64,000 nucleotides of DNA from positions 288,858,001-288,922,000 of the forward strand of contig OZ024741.1 of NCBI GenBank assembly GCA_964016885.1. Reading direction: 5' to 3'. This document shows positions 39,144 through 53,385 of this stretch, piece by piece (positions within the stretch are counted from its first letter, which is position 1; every line of letters begins with the position of its first letter). This stretch comes from Eledone cirrhosa. Lineage: Eukaryota. The notes beneath the pieces were generated by a model that had not been told where the DNA came from, did no database searches, and was given only the letters and a program-made list of their open reading frames with translations. Position numbers and translations under genes: made by a program.

Positions 39144-42100
39144 CGCATAGTATAGACGCGTATAACATCGGCTCCTGCCTTTTTGAATCTTTACCTATTG
39201 ACAGTAAGTGTTTGTTTCTTTATTGTGTTGCCTTCGTGTCTTTTGACCACCCGGCTAGGTCTGTAGACGGGTGGTCATCGTATTTTTACCCCTTTTAAAA
39301 ACTACTCCTAAAATTTTTTTGCTGACTCACATGGTAAAAAATTGACGCCATGTCTGTAGCACGTGTGAACGAAAACGCCACGCTCACTAAGGAAGAAGAG
39401 AGAAAGAAGCAAGCGGTACAAAGCGCTTTGCTTTCCCGCGTCAACGTTTTAAAAGACATTGTAAAAGGCGATATGCCGGACAAACAAGTAAATACGGGTG
39501 CAAACCCAATTAATTACAACGAAAACACTAACAATGACAAAACTAACACACCAAATGAGAAAGACAACAACAACAAAAATGAAAATAACTCAAACTACGA
39601 GAAACAGAACAACTCAAACACCAACAACGTAAACAAAATATCTTTTGCACAGACTGCTAAAAAATCAGTCACCTATGTGCTTGAGGACATAACAAATGCT
39701 AAAGAAATGCTTGAAAAAGCAAAAAAATATGTATCTTTTGGCGAAAATGGATCTTTTTCCATCAATTCGCCCCCAGAACTAAAAAAACAGACGGAATTAC
39801 GAACTGTTGTATTCCGTACAATTGCCAACAAAACAAGAAAACCAGCACAACCATCTCAAGCTGAAATTCAGTTGGTCCTGAAAGAGGCTATGAAAGATAT
39901 AATTTTCATACAAAAGGATAAACTCTATGGGAGTTTATCCATATTGGATGACAGACGAATTGGCGGCGAAAAAATACTCTGTGTCGCCAATTCGTTCCAC
40001 GCATTACACCTTTTTTCCAACCTACATGGGTAAAAACCCCAAAGAATTTTGATAACCACCATCACCCCAAACATAGACTACTGGTGGTTACTAACCGGTT
40101 TCCTCAACTTGGACGAGGACAACCTTATATCAATAGGGAAGGCATCCGGCGACGCGTTCAGTGGAACGAGCATTGAAGTTCTGACCCAAATAAGGCCAGA
40201 ACGTATCGCCCAAATCCCTGAACGCGTCATGCTGGATGACCATACCCACCTCAACATTATTGTGGAGGGTAGGCGTCCATCCTGTTACCTCTGTGGCAAC
40301 AGAGGTCACCTGAGGGCTGCCTGTCCCCAGCTCATACCGAAAAAAACCATTGCACCAACACCCCAACAACAACATCAAAAACAACCAACACCACCATCAC
40401 CCCAACAACAACAACAAAAACAACCACCACAACAACAACAAAAACCAACAACACCACCACCACAACAACAACAAACACGTGAAAAAACAACACAGAACAC
40501 TGTCCCCCCCCAACCCCTCTCCACCCAAAACAAATACAAAAACACACACACCGCAAACACTACCAGAAAACATACCCCTCCCACCCAACAAGGAAGACGA
40601 GCCCCTTTCGTCGCAAGACGAAAAAGATCCCTTCCAAACAGTAAAAAGAAAGAAGAGGAGGCGCACCACAGACACACTTATTAACATAAACCCTCCCCAA
40701 GAGAAAACAAACTATATACAAACCACCCCTCCCCGTCACACAATACTAACTGCAACGCAAAAAAGAGACTTTACAATATACATACATGAACACAAACAAC
40801 AAAGAACTAATGAACATAATTTCGTCAAACCCTTTGGTCCAAACTGAAGGGCCTAACTTTCTAAATGCTGTGGGACTACCTCATTTAAAAATGGTTAAAG
40901 TCCCAATGAACTTATTCAAAACATTGAAAATAAATTTCATGGAGGACGTGCCCCCCCCCCCCCCCTGCACCAAGCCAATCAACCGCGTCCTCCTAAAAAA
41001 TGTCCCCACCCCCCACCCACTCAACTACAAACACCCCAACCCACAACACACTGATGCCCCTACACTCCTCCCCCACCCAACAACCCACCCCACCCTCATG
41101 GAAATTGAGCGGCCCGTTCCCCGAGACGCAGAGATATGTGCCTTTTCTCCTTACCACCAACATGGCTGTATTGAGAGTAGGATGTCTAAATGCGCGTGGC
41201 CTGGGCTCACATTGGAAGCAAGCAATACTTCTAAATGACGTCAGGTCACGATCCATAAATGTGATGGTTATCTGCGAGGCCCAGATCAGCAGTGTGCGAC
41301 AGCTGGCCCCCACCTTTGATGACTTTGAGATTTACGCATCTCTCTGTCAGCCCGGGGGTGGGGGTGGGATTGTCGTTCTGCTGCAAAAACATCTGGGTCT
41401 CGCCACACAGATAGTTCACTTGGACCCAGGGGGTCGACTGGTGGTGCTGGACCTTGGCAGTGGTGAAGGTGGAGCCTTTAGGCTGGTAGCCGCATAAGCA
41501 CCTTTTGGAACAGAGCGGCTCGACTTCTTCCAACGTCTGGAGTCTTTTCTAGGGACGTCCCGTTCCCTGCTTATAGTGGGGGGCTGGAATGGTATCCTGG
41601 AGGCACGTTGGGACTATGCAGAGGCATGTCCCGATAGGGAGAGGTGTGACAGCCTCAAGGGGTTACTCGGCCGATTTGACCTAGCCGATAGATTTCGACT
41701 AGATTTTCCGACTGTGCCAACCTGGTCTTGGACAAACCGCAGCGGTCAATCTAGATCGTACTTAGATAGATTCTTAGTTAGAAATAAGGACAGGGACTTT
41801 TTAAGTAGTCCAGAAATGCTCATGGTTGGCTATTCAGACCACAAGTTAGTGACCTGCATGGTCAACCTTGATAGAACGCATAGACGGTCCCGGTTACTGG
41901 AAGCTGAACTTGTCCTTACCGGCAAGTAAAGCTTACAGGAATCGGATTAGTACGTTAGTTAAGGAACGGTTGACTGGAGCGATCGTCAACAGCAGGTGGT
42001 GGGTATCTCTAAAGAGAGAAATTAGATTAGTCTCGATAGAATTTAGTAAGGTTTTAGCTGCGGATAGGAATAGGAAGGAAAGGGAGCTGATAGATAGAGT

Positions 42101-44787
42101 AGAAGAGGCAATTAGAAGCGGCGACGTGGCCAGAGTGCTAGCGTCGAGAACGGCTGTGAGCCAGTTTTTCGACGCGAAGCACGAAGGCTGCGTTGTCCGA
42201 AGTAAAATACGTGCTCTAGGCAACGAGGAGACCAAAGCTGTTAGCTGGGCCCGCATGACAGAAGCCAAGAGTGGAATTAAATCTACCATCCGCTCTTGGC
42301 GAGACCAGGAATCAAAGCAGATGTGTGAGGCCTTGCAAAGGCATTTTGCCCGATTGTTTGGAAGGGGCGGGGAGCCGGTTGGGGAAGTGGACTTCGGTCC
42401 ATACCTCGACGGCTTGCCGCGTCTTTCGGACGAGGAGGCGAAGTCCTGCGAGGAGCCGATTTCAGCCGCTGAGATAGAGGACGTGCTGAGCCAATGCGGC
42501 AAACGCAAATCTCCGGGTCTCGATGGTCTTCCATACGAACTATATCTAGCTATGCCGTACTTGTTCTCCGATCTTCTCGAGGCGGTCTACTGCAACTGGC
42601 AACAGAACGGGAGAATTCCCTGTTCTGTGACCAAGGGCGTAGTCACGCTAGTGAGGAAGGACGAGAACAAGGGGGACGTAATAGGTAACTTCGGGCCCAT
42701 AACTCTGCTAAATACAGAGTTACAGATTTGGGCCAAGGTGTTAGCAAAGAGGTTGGCGCTTGTCGTGGGCAACTTGGTGGGAGATGCGCAGACATGTGCT
42801 ATCCCGTCCAGGTCCATCCACGACAACCTCCACCTCATGCGATACATCATAGAGAGGGTTGGGAACGAACGCGGCTTTGGTGGGGCCCTGATCAACTTTT
42901 GGATCAATCTAAGATAGGGTCGACCATGGTTACCTGGATGCGGTGCTAGCGGCGGCAGGCCTCGGAACCGTTTTCAGGGGCTGGATCACTGCTATGCACA
43001 GCAGCCGCATCTGCTCTAGAGTCAAGGTGAACGGCTACCTCTCGGAGCCGTTCGAAATCGCGCGGTCCATCCGACAAGGGTGCCCTCTCTCCTCCCTTCT
43101 GTATGTATTGACTCTCGAGCCACTACTGCGGAAGCTGGAGTTGTTGCAGGGCATCCCTTTGGAACCGGGATTGCGGAAAGCGGTGTCGGTCTACGCCGAT
43201 GACGTGACAGTAATGGTGTCGACGGCCTCCGAAATCAGGGCGATCGGCACCTTACTGGAGGAGTACGAAAGGTTTACAGGGGCTAAGCTGAACCGGGACA
43301 AGTCGATCGGTTTGCAACTCGGCACGTGGAGGGGCAAACCGATGCCTTCCGATGGCGTCGTCGCACGCTGGACGGAGGGCCCGGTGAAGTTGCTCGGGGT
43401 CTGGTTCGGACCAGACCTCCAGTTGGAGAAGAACTGGGGTGAGGTTACGAACAGGGTGTTTGCACTGACCCAGAAGTGGGCCAGTTGCAAACTATCCCTG
43501 AAAGGTCTGGCGGAGGTGGCGAACATCTACTACCACCTGACCGTCGTGCCTTGCCCAAGGGAAACCCTCGCCAAGATAGAGGCGCACTTTTCCAATTCAT
43601 TTGGAAGAAGCGGGCTTCTTTGGTGAGAAGATCCATCTGCTGTCAACACCCTTCGAAAGGAAGGCTGGGGATGCCGTGGCTAATGATGCGTAAATACGCA
43701 TTAAGGCTACGGCACCTCCACGTATTCCTCACCGGTCAACCGGTGTGGGCCCCGTTTGTGAGATGAACCGTTCCCAGACTCGTTTCACTCACCGAGCTGC
43801 AATCTTGGATCAAGCAAAGACCGAGAAAACTGGGCGTCTGGCACACTGAGTGTTCCCAGCCCTCTGGCGGACCCGGTTATCAGTGGAGACTCCACCTCGA
43901 CATTCTATAGAGGGCTGGTACGCAGCAGGTGCGACGACGCCCTAGACATGGAGGAAGACGAACTGGCCAGCCTGTTCGGTAGGAAATTCAGCCCGGGACC
44001 TATGGACAACTTCCAGAAGTCCCTGGCCTGGCAGTGCTACCAAGGGGCTCTACCCGTTCAAGAAAAGCTCTACAGACACGGGCACCCGGGTAGGGACCCC
44101 GCCAAAAAGATCTGTCCCAGATGCGTGTGTGACGAGGAAACCGTTGCACACGCATTGGTACACTGCTCGGGCGTATCCGATCTGTGGGGCTATGTCGAGC
44201 GACTGCTGTGACGGGTGGGACCGATCCGGTTGACCACCGAGGCCATTGTAACGATTAAGCCGCCTCCCCTCTTCAAAAATGAAGGAGAGGCGGTGTTTCT
44301 GTGCGTAATAGCCATGGTGAAAGAGGTTGTATGGTGGACGCGTTTGAAAGGACTGAGGTCAGACACCTTTCTCTCTGGCCAACACTGATCCTTTTCTTCC
44401 GATATCATTTCGGAAGAAGGATCAGGATGGAGAGAGAGGTGCTCCACCCCAGTCGTTTTTTATGAAGGTGGGTGAAAGTGGCGAGAATGGCCCGTGTGAA
44501 TGGACCTTCTCTCTACATCAGCCTGTATGTGGAAAAGATAAAAGAACGAGGGAGAACCCTCTCTCTGTACTCCTGAGGAGAAGGGTTGCACACTTTTTTC
44601 GGGTGTGTGTGCGACCTCCCAAAACGCCTCCTCTCTATTGAGGACTTTATTGTTAATTTTATATTTGTTATTTGTTTTATATTTGTTATTTGTTTTCTTT
44701 ACTCGCCTTTTTGGTGTAAACTCACCCCCCCCCCCCCCATTGTATTTGTCCCCTTATTTTGCTCCCTCGTGGCAATAAATAGAAATA
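39144..44787 (+). mobile_element. Full-length degenerate Tx1, family B
   Basis: ORF1 from 39350 (CYLCGNRGHLRAAC); ORF2 from ATG 41162 (MAVLRVGCLNARG..YADD) with several stops/frameshifts; (ATCT)n flanks. Confidence 0.93.
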
Positions 44788-45159
44788 TATCTATCTATCT
44801 ATCTCTACTAATCGGTCAGTCTCTTTGTCTATTTCTCTAGGTATCTATTTGTCTATCTCTGTGGACATGTATCTTTTATCTGTCGGTCTATATAATTACC
44901 TAATTACCGGCATGTCTACGTACCTACCAACCTACCTACCTATCTATCTATCTATCTTGATAGAGTAAGACACGCTTCGCATCGGCTCCGCTATTCCATC
45001 GGGATTTACCCTTACTATTGTAAGTACCGGATAAATTTTTTAGTGCAACACATTTGGAACACTAACCCCTGTTATTTAGGGAAACATTTTTGCATTTACC
45101 CCCTTTTTAGGGGGTAAAATAAATATCTATTTTTGCCGAAAAATTTCTTTCTTGGCAGC

Positions 45160-46996
45160 ATGGCGGAAAAGATGGCAGACATGTCTGCCATTAGCTCTGC
45201 CACGCCCCCCAAGTCTGAAGAACAAAAAATAATTACAACAAAATTAGACATTGAAACAAACAAACAAAATGAAAAAACAAATGTTAAGGAAAATGAGCAA
45301 ACAGAAAACAAACAAACAGAAAATAATACAAATAACGACAGGGCAACTTTCGCCCAGAAAACAAAGCAATCCATTACATACACACCAATTGACCTAACTG
45401 CCGCCAGAGAAAAACTGGCCGAAGCAAAGAAACATATTGTTTTGGGGGAGAACGGAATGTTTTCCATTAACTCCCCCCCAGAATTCAAGAAAGCCAGAGC
45501 AGAAAACACAGTTATATACAGAACTATACTGAACCAGACAAGAAAGCCAGCACAGCCCAGCCAAATGGAAATAGAGTTAGTCCTAAAAGACTATATGAAG
45601 AATATTCTCTTCATACGAAAGGACCGACTCTATGGCAGCATTTCGGTCCTAACAAGAGACAAAGAAACGGCGGAGAAGCTTTCCCTAAGCCCACTCTCGT
45701 CGACAACATATAGCTTCTATCCCTCCTACATGGGTAGAAGAACACAGAGAGTAAAAGTAAAAACAATGCTGCCCACAATGGACTTCTGGTGGGCTATTGC
45801 TGGCTTCATTGATATGGGCGAAGACACTATGCTGTCAATGGGGAAGGCAACTGGAGATGCGTTCCTGGGAATGGGCCTCGACATACTAGTCCAAATGAGG
45901 CCCGAAAGAATAGCACAAATCCCGGATCGCATCTGGCTGGATGACCTTACCCCAATAGACATAATTGTAGAGGGGAGAAGACCAGCATGCTATTTATGCA
46001 TGGAAAGGGGACACGTTAAGGCTAACTGCCCGAAACGTATCCCCCAAAAAGGACTATTGCCCACACCCACCACAAACAGTACACCAGCACCACCCACCTC
46101 CAAAAATACACTGATACCACACACAGCAAACAAAATACAGACACCACCAACCACAAACACAACACAAACATCACCACCACCAGCACCAAACACAAGCACG
46201 ACACAAAAATCACCACCACCAACCACAACACAAACATCACCACCACCATCACCAACCACAAGCACGACACAAACATTACCACCACCACCACCACAAAACC
46301 CATTCCAAACAAATAATAAAAAAAACAGTAACAAATCTACCCCTCCCGCAAAAAAAAAAACAACCACACAACACGTCCCTCCCACCTAGCGCTGAAGAGT
46401 TTCCCCCAACTTCTGAAGAAGAAGGAGGAGAAGCCTTCAGACAAGTTAAAAGAAAAAAAAGAAAACACACACCCAGCACACCACAAATAACCCACACACA
46501 AACACCAACTCCAATCAAAAACACCCCACCCTCAACAAACAAAAATAAATCTGCGCCTCCCCTCTCCGAAACATTGACAGCATCACAAAAAAAGACGTTG
46601 CAATACACATATATAAATAAAGAAAACAAAAAACTGGTTAAATTAATAAACAATAACCCTATGGTGCAGACCGAAGGGCCAAACTTTATCTCAACAGAGA
46701 ACTTCACCCATTTAAAAATGATAAAGGTCCCTCTGGACCTTTATCGTTCCTTAAAAGAACAATTTAGACGGGACGTGAGCCCCCCCTGTTTAAAACCGTT
46801 GAATCGCGTCCTCTTGAAAGATTTCCCCATAACCGCCCCTCTCCCTGACACAACTCCAAATACCCCAACCCCACCACACACGTGTACCCCCACACCACCA
46901 CAAAACATCCCTCCACCCAACACACCTGATGCCATGGAAATTACGCAACCCGGAGAGGTAAGTGCTTTTCTTTCTTCACTTTCAACACCAAAATAG
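45160..46996 (+). pseudogene. Tx1 ORF1, one frameshift
   Basis: ATG 45160; CCHC knuckle; frameshift in A-run ~46315-46325 relative to copy 1. Confidence 0.88.
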
Positions 46997-47001
46997 ATCA
47001 A

Positions 47002-50000
47002 TTGAGAGTTGGCTGTTTGAACGCGCGTGGCCTGAGCTCAGCTTGGAAGCAAGCAAAGCTTCTAAGTGACCTCAGGTCACAAAGTATAGATGTGATGGTT
47101 GTTTGCGAGAGTCGGATCAGCAGCGTGAGACAGCTGGCGCCCGCCTTCGATGACTTTGAGATGCACGCATCTCTCTGTCAACCCGGAGGCGGGGGGGGGG
47201 GGGGAGTTGCCGTACTGCTGGATAAACGTCTGACTCTCGACGCACAGATTGTTCACTCGGACCCGGGGGGTCGATTACTGGTGCTGGACGTCGGAGGTGG
47301 TGAAGGCGGGGCTTTCAGACTGGTCGGTCTTTATGCTCCCTTCGGGGCGGAAAGAGCCGACTTCTTCCAACGTCTGGAGACTTTTCTAGGAACGTCGCGT
47401 TCCCTGCTTTTAGTGGGGGACTGGAATGGAATCCTAGATGCGCGTTGGGACTATGCAGGGGCATGTCCCGATAGAGGGGGGTGTAGCAGCCTCAAGGGGT
47501 TACTCGATCGATTCGACCTGGTCGATAGATTTCGACTAGATTGTCCAACTGCGCCAACCTGGACCTGGGCAAACCGCAGTGGACAATCTAGATCGTACCT
47601 AGATAGGTTTTTGGTTAGGAGTAAGGATAGGGACGTATTTAGTTGTCCAGAACTGATCATGGTTGGCTATTCAGATCACAAATTAGTGACCTGCGTGGTC
47701 AACCTTGATAGAACGCATAGACAGGGTCCCGGTTACTGGAAGATGAACTTGTCCTTACCGACAAAGAAAGATTACAGAAACCGGATTAGTAGCTTAGTTA
47801 AGATGCGGTTGACGGGAGCGATCGTCAACAGTAGGTGGTGGATATCTCTAAAGAGAGAGATTAGAGTAAGTTCGATAGGTTACAGTAAGGAACTAGCGGC
47901 GAATAGAAATAGGAGGGAAAGGGAGTTAACAGATAAACTAGAAGAGGCGATTAGGAGCGGAGACGTAGCCAGAGTGTTAGCGACGAGAACGGCATTGAGC
48001 CAGTTCTTTGACGCGAAGCACGAAGGCTGCGTTGTCCGAAGTAAAATACGTGCTTTAGGAAACGAGGGGACCAAAGCTGTTAGCTGGGCCCGCGTGACAG
48101 AAGCCAAGAGTGGGATTAAATCCACCATTCGGTCTTTGCGAGACCAGGATGGACGGGTGATCCTTGAACCTGAGCGAATGTGCGAGACCTTTCAAAGGCA
48201 CTTTGCTCGACTGTTCGGAGGTGGCGGGGGGCCGGACGGGGATGTGGACTTCGGTCCATACCTCGACGGTCTACCGCGTCTTTCGAGCGGCGAAGCGGAG
48301 TGCTGCGAAGGTCCAATCACAGCCACTGAAATCGGGGAAGCGCTCAGCCAATGCAGCAGACGCAAATCCCCGGGTCTCGATGGTCTACCATACGAACTTT
48401 ATTTAGCTATGCCGGTCTTGTTCTCCGAACTCCTCGAGGCTGTCTATTGCAACTGGCAACAGAACGGGAGAATTCCCTGTTCTGTGACCAAGGGCGTGGT
48501 CACGCTAGTGAGGAAGGACGAGAGCAAGGGGGACGACTTAAGTAACTTTAGGCCCATAACTCTGCTGAATGCAGAGTTACAGATTTTGGCCAAGGTGTTG
48601 GCGAAGAGGTTGGCGCTTGTGGTGGGTGGTTTGGTGGGAGACGCGCAGACATGCGCTATCCCGTCCAGGTCCATTCACGACAACCTCCACCTCATGCGAT
48701 ACATCATAGAGAGGGTTGGCTACGAACCCGGCTTTGGTGGGGCCCTGATCAACTTGGATCAATCTAAGGCGTTCGATAGGGTCGACCATGGTTACCTGGA
48801 TGCGGTGCTAGCGGCGGCGGGCTTCGGACCCGTTTTCAGGGGCTGGATTTCTGCCATGCACAGTGGCAACATCTACTCTAGGATTAAAGTAAACGGCTAC
48901 CTCTCGGAGCCGTTTCAAATAACCCGATCCATCAGACAGGGGTGCCCCCTCTCCTCCCTTCTGTACGTATTGACTCTCGAGCCACTGCTGCGGAAGTTGG
49001 AGTTGCTGCGGGGCATACCCCTGGAACCGGGATTGCACAAAGCGGTCTCGGCCTATGCCGACGACGTAACAGTAATGGTGGCGGACGCCTCGGAAATCGG
49101 GGCGATCGCCACCCTACTGGAGGAATACGAAAGGCTGACGGGGGCTAAGCTGAACCAGGACAAGTCAGTCGGTTTGCAACTCGGAACGTGGAGGGGCAAA
49201 CCGATGCCGGCAAACTGCCGGCAAACTGCTGCCAGCACCCTTCGAAAGGAGGGCTGGGTATGCCGTGGCTGTTGATGCGTAGGCACGCATTGAGGCTACG
49301 GCATCTACAGGTATTCCTCAACGGTCAGCCGGTGTGGGCCCCGTTTGTGAGGCGAGCCTTCCCACAGCTCGTCTCGCTCACCAAACTGCAATCCTGGGTG
49401 AAGCAAAGACCGAGAAAACTGGGCAACTGGCACACTGAGTGTGCCCAGGCGCTCACGGCTATCTGGCAAGCGGACCCGACTGTCAGTGGAGAATCCACCT
49501 CGACATTCTATAGAGGGTTGGTGGCTAGCAGGGGCGACGACACCCTTGGAGAGTCGCTAGGCATGGAGGAGGACGAACTGGCCAGCCTGTTCGGTAGAAC
49601 TTTCGGCCCGGGACCCATGGACAACTTCCAGAGGTCCCTAGCCTGGCAGTGTTACCGGGGGGCTCTGCCCGTTCGAGAAAAGCTCTACAGACACGGGCGC
49701 CCGGGCAGGGATCCCGCGAAAAAGATCTGTCCCAGATGCGTACGCGACGAGAAAACCGTTGCGCATGCACTGGTACACTGCCCGGGCGTTGCCGATCTGT
49801 GGGGCTACGTCGAACGACTGCTGTCGCGTGTGGCGCCGATTCGATTAACCGCCGAGTCTGTGGTGAACATCAAGCCGCCTCCTCCCTTCAGAAATGAAGC
49901 AGAGGCGGTCTTTCTGTGCGTAATAGCCATGATGAAAGAGGTTGTGTGGTGGACGCGCCTGAAAGGTCTGAGGTCGGGTGACTTTCTCTCCGGCCATCAC

Positions 50001-50144
50001 CTGGTTTACTTCTTCCGATACCACTTCGGAAGAAGAATCAGGATGGAGAGAGAAGTGCTTGGTCCCAGACAGTTTTATGAAAGGTGGGTGAAAGAAGCGA
50101 GAATGGCCCGTGTAAATGGGCCTTCTCTCTACATTGTTCTGTAG
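47002..50144 (+). pseudogene. Tx1 ORF2 with intact APE and RT core, deletion after YADD
   Basis: 757-aa ORF, then a frameshifting 308 bp deletion at ~49210. Confidence 0.92.
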
Positions 50145-50398
50145 GTGAAGAAGTGAAGAGGAAAGGGGGAGCGCCTCCTCTCTGGGCTTCCCCCGCGAAA
50201 AGAGTTGCACACTTTTCGGGGGTATGTGCAATCCCCAACACGCCCCCTCCCTTTTGAGGACTTTTTATTGTTATATTATTATTGTTATTCCTTTTTCTTT
50301 ACTCGATTTATGTAAACTCCCCCACTGTGTAAATGTCCCCTTCTTTTGTGCCCTCGTGGCAAATAAATAGAAATTTATCTATCTATTTATCTATTTAT

Positions 50399-51215
50399 CT
50401 CGGAGAAACTCTAGGCGTAGAGGAAGACGAACTGGCCAGTCTGTTCGGTAGGACCTTCCGCCCGGGACCGATGGACAACTTCCAAAAATCCCTGGCCTGG
50501 CAGTGCTACCGAGGAGCTCTACGCGTTCGAGACAAGCTCTACAGAGAGGGGCGCCCGGGCAGGGATCCCTCGAAAAAGATCTGTCCGAGATGCGTGCGGG
50601 ACGAGGAAACCGTACACTTCCCGGGCGTTACCGATCCGTGGGGCTACGCAGAACGACTACTGTCGCAGGTGGGACAAATCCGGTTGACCACCGAGTCCAT
50701 TATTGCGATCAAACCGCCACCTTCCTTCAAAAACGAAGGAGAGGCGGTTTTCCTCTGTGTAATGGCTATGGTGAAAGAGGTTATATGGTGGACGAGACTG
50801 AAAGGGCTGAGGTCAGACACCTTTCTCTCCGGCGAACGACTGGTTCGCTTCTTCAAATATCATTTTAGAAGAAGAATCAGAGTGGAGAGAAAGGTGCTGC
50901 ACCCCAGCAAATTTTACGAAAGGTGGGTGAATGTGGCAAGGATGGCCCGAGTCGTTGGGCCTTCTTTTTATATAAGCCTGTAGGTCGAGGAAGAAGAGGA
51001 AGAGAGGAGAGGAATGCTCGCTCTTCGTGCTTCTGGAGATGAGGGTTGTACATTTTTTTCGGGGTGTGTGCAACTCATTTGTAACGCCTCCCCCCTATTG
51101 GGGATTTCGTTTGTTTTTTTCATTATTTTTGTTATACATTTTTACACGTCTTGTATGTAAACTCCCGATTTGTATTTGTCCCCATCGTTTACGCCCTTGT
51201 GGCAAATAAAGTAAT
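50399..51215 (+). mobile_element. 5'-truncated Tx1 copy
   Basis: ORF2 C-terminus to 50983; (TATC)n tail. Confidence 0.92.
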
Positions 51216-51396
51216 ATATCTATCTATCTATCCATCCATCAAGCTATCTACCTCTCAACCCATCTATATGTCTATTTATATATGTATATTTACCAATGTA
51301 TCTATCTTCGGACAAAAACAACACTAAAAACAATAGCAACGATAACAGCAAATCTCTAATCACCACGAAACAATGATTAAAGGAAGTATGGAAGAA

Positions 51397-51511
<115 letters not shown>

Positions 51512-51524
51512 CACATACATATAT

Positions 51525-51661
<137 letters not shown>

Positions 51662-52599
51662 TGTATATGTATGTGTGTGTGTAAGTGTGTGTGTAGCCCC
51701 TTGTCTTTAATTTCCAACTTTATGCTTATTGGCCCGCCATAATTTATTTCTCTTAGCTTGTTATTATTTTTAATTATCTTCACACATGCATATATACATG
51801 CATACATAATACATACATACATGTATACATACATGCATGCGTACATACACATATACACACATACATATATATACACCTATGCATGCAAACATATCTATGC
51901 ATACATGTATTCATTTATTCATACATACTTACATAGATAGATATGTTGATAGATAGATAAATAGATAGATACATAGATATAGATATATATATAGAGAGAT
52001 AGATAGATAGATAGATAGATAGATACTTACTTATATACATACATACATAAATACATACATACATACATACTTATATACATGCACACATACATATTGTCAG
52101 ACAGACAGGCAGACAGTCATTTTCTAGGCAGTCATCTTCTGCGCTTTAATAACCTTCTCTCTGCTCTTATTATGTAGGTGTTAGTGATGCCACTTCAATA
52201 TTTCACCTTAGCCTTCCATTCTCACAACGCAGTCGTTTCCCACACGCAACTTAGACACCTCTCGTCGTACCTAAACTTTCTTTTAGAAAGGATCCTCCCA
52301 TGGGGAATTGGTAAATGAATAATTCTTCACTAGCACCGAGATATAATCACATATCACTACACGTATTGAGAGAAAATTCTCTCTTCACAAAGAATTAGCA
52401 TACATGGACAACACACATGGGAAAAATGATAGTCTAGAAATAGCAGTTAAATATCTCTCAACAATATCTATCTCTTCGCAGAGTAATCTATGTCTGAATA
52501 GAAAGTTTCCAGGATGATCATGTCTGGAGTGTCTATTGCCAGAGCTCTGCCACATCGTGGCTGATCTGAGAGACATCAAAAACAACAACAAAAGAATTA

Positions 52600-52860
52600 A
52601 AATGGATCTTCATCGGTTTCACTGATGAATGTTCCAGTAGATCGATCAAGGGAATATCCTACTCGTGAAATTAACGAGTAAGTGGCTGAGCATTCCACAG
52701 ACACATATACCCTAAATATAATTCACAGAGTGATCCAGCGTGACTGTGTGTGTGCGACAAGGCTGGCCCTTCGAATTACAGGTACAGTGTATCCGACAAG
52801 TTCCCATACAGTTTCTATGTACTCAATTTAACTCACAAGACTTGGGTTCAACTAAAATTC
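52600..52860 (-). mobile_element. SINE/RTE-tail repeat fragments
   Basis: GTGGCTGAGCATTCCACAGACAC..CAAGGCTGGCCCTT resembles common cephalopod repeats (recognition only). Confidence 0.45.
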
Positions 52861-52926
52861 CTTGTAATGATATCCAGCAAGGGAACTTGTGATTACGAAA
52901 CGACTTTCTTAAAAATTCGGCCATGT

Positions 52927-52957
<31 letters not shown>

Positions 52958-53134
52958 ACGACGACTTCTCAAACTACTATAGCTTGGGCAAGTTAATATT
53001 CTACTTAATCTAATGTGGTTATCGTAGTTCGAATAATTACATGAACCTGATCGAATAAACCACATGATCAATCACATCACAGCCATAAACAACAGAGTAA
53101 TAAAATACCTCGAAATACAATATCCAGTGTCTAA

Positions 53135-53385
53135 AGTCTGTCTCGAGCCCGAAGGCTTATCAGGCCAGTTCTTATCTTAGTGTCCATGACGTGTAGCGAC
53201 TGAGAGTATAAAACTCTCCCCTGGTCAGGATACCAGTCCACTGCATGGTTAAACCGCCAGCTATTGTTGGTACTCACTTTCAGCTGAGTATACTGGAGTA
53301 ACGTGAAAATGAAGTGTTTTGCTTGAGAACGCAACACATAGCCCGTTCCAGAAATCGAACCCAAACATCCTTACCATTACACTAC
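53135..53385 (-). mobile_element. tRNA-SINE, same family as 35605-35845
   Basis: Reverse complement similarity including GGTACTCACTTTCAGCTG and a B-box. Confidence 0.65.

Larger units (their letters stand above)
44958..50375 (+). mobile_element. Full-length Tx1, family A copy 2 (internal deletion)
   Basis: 5' UTR, ORF1, ORF2 and 3' UTR; (ATCT)n flanks. Confidence 0.95.
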
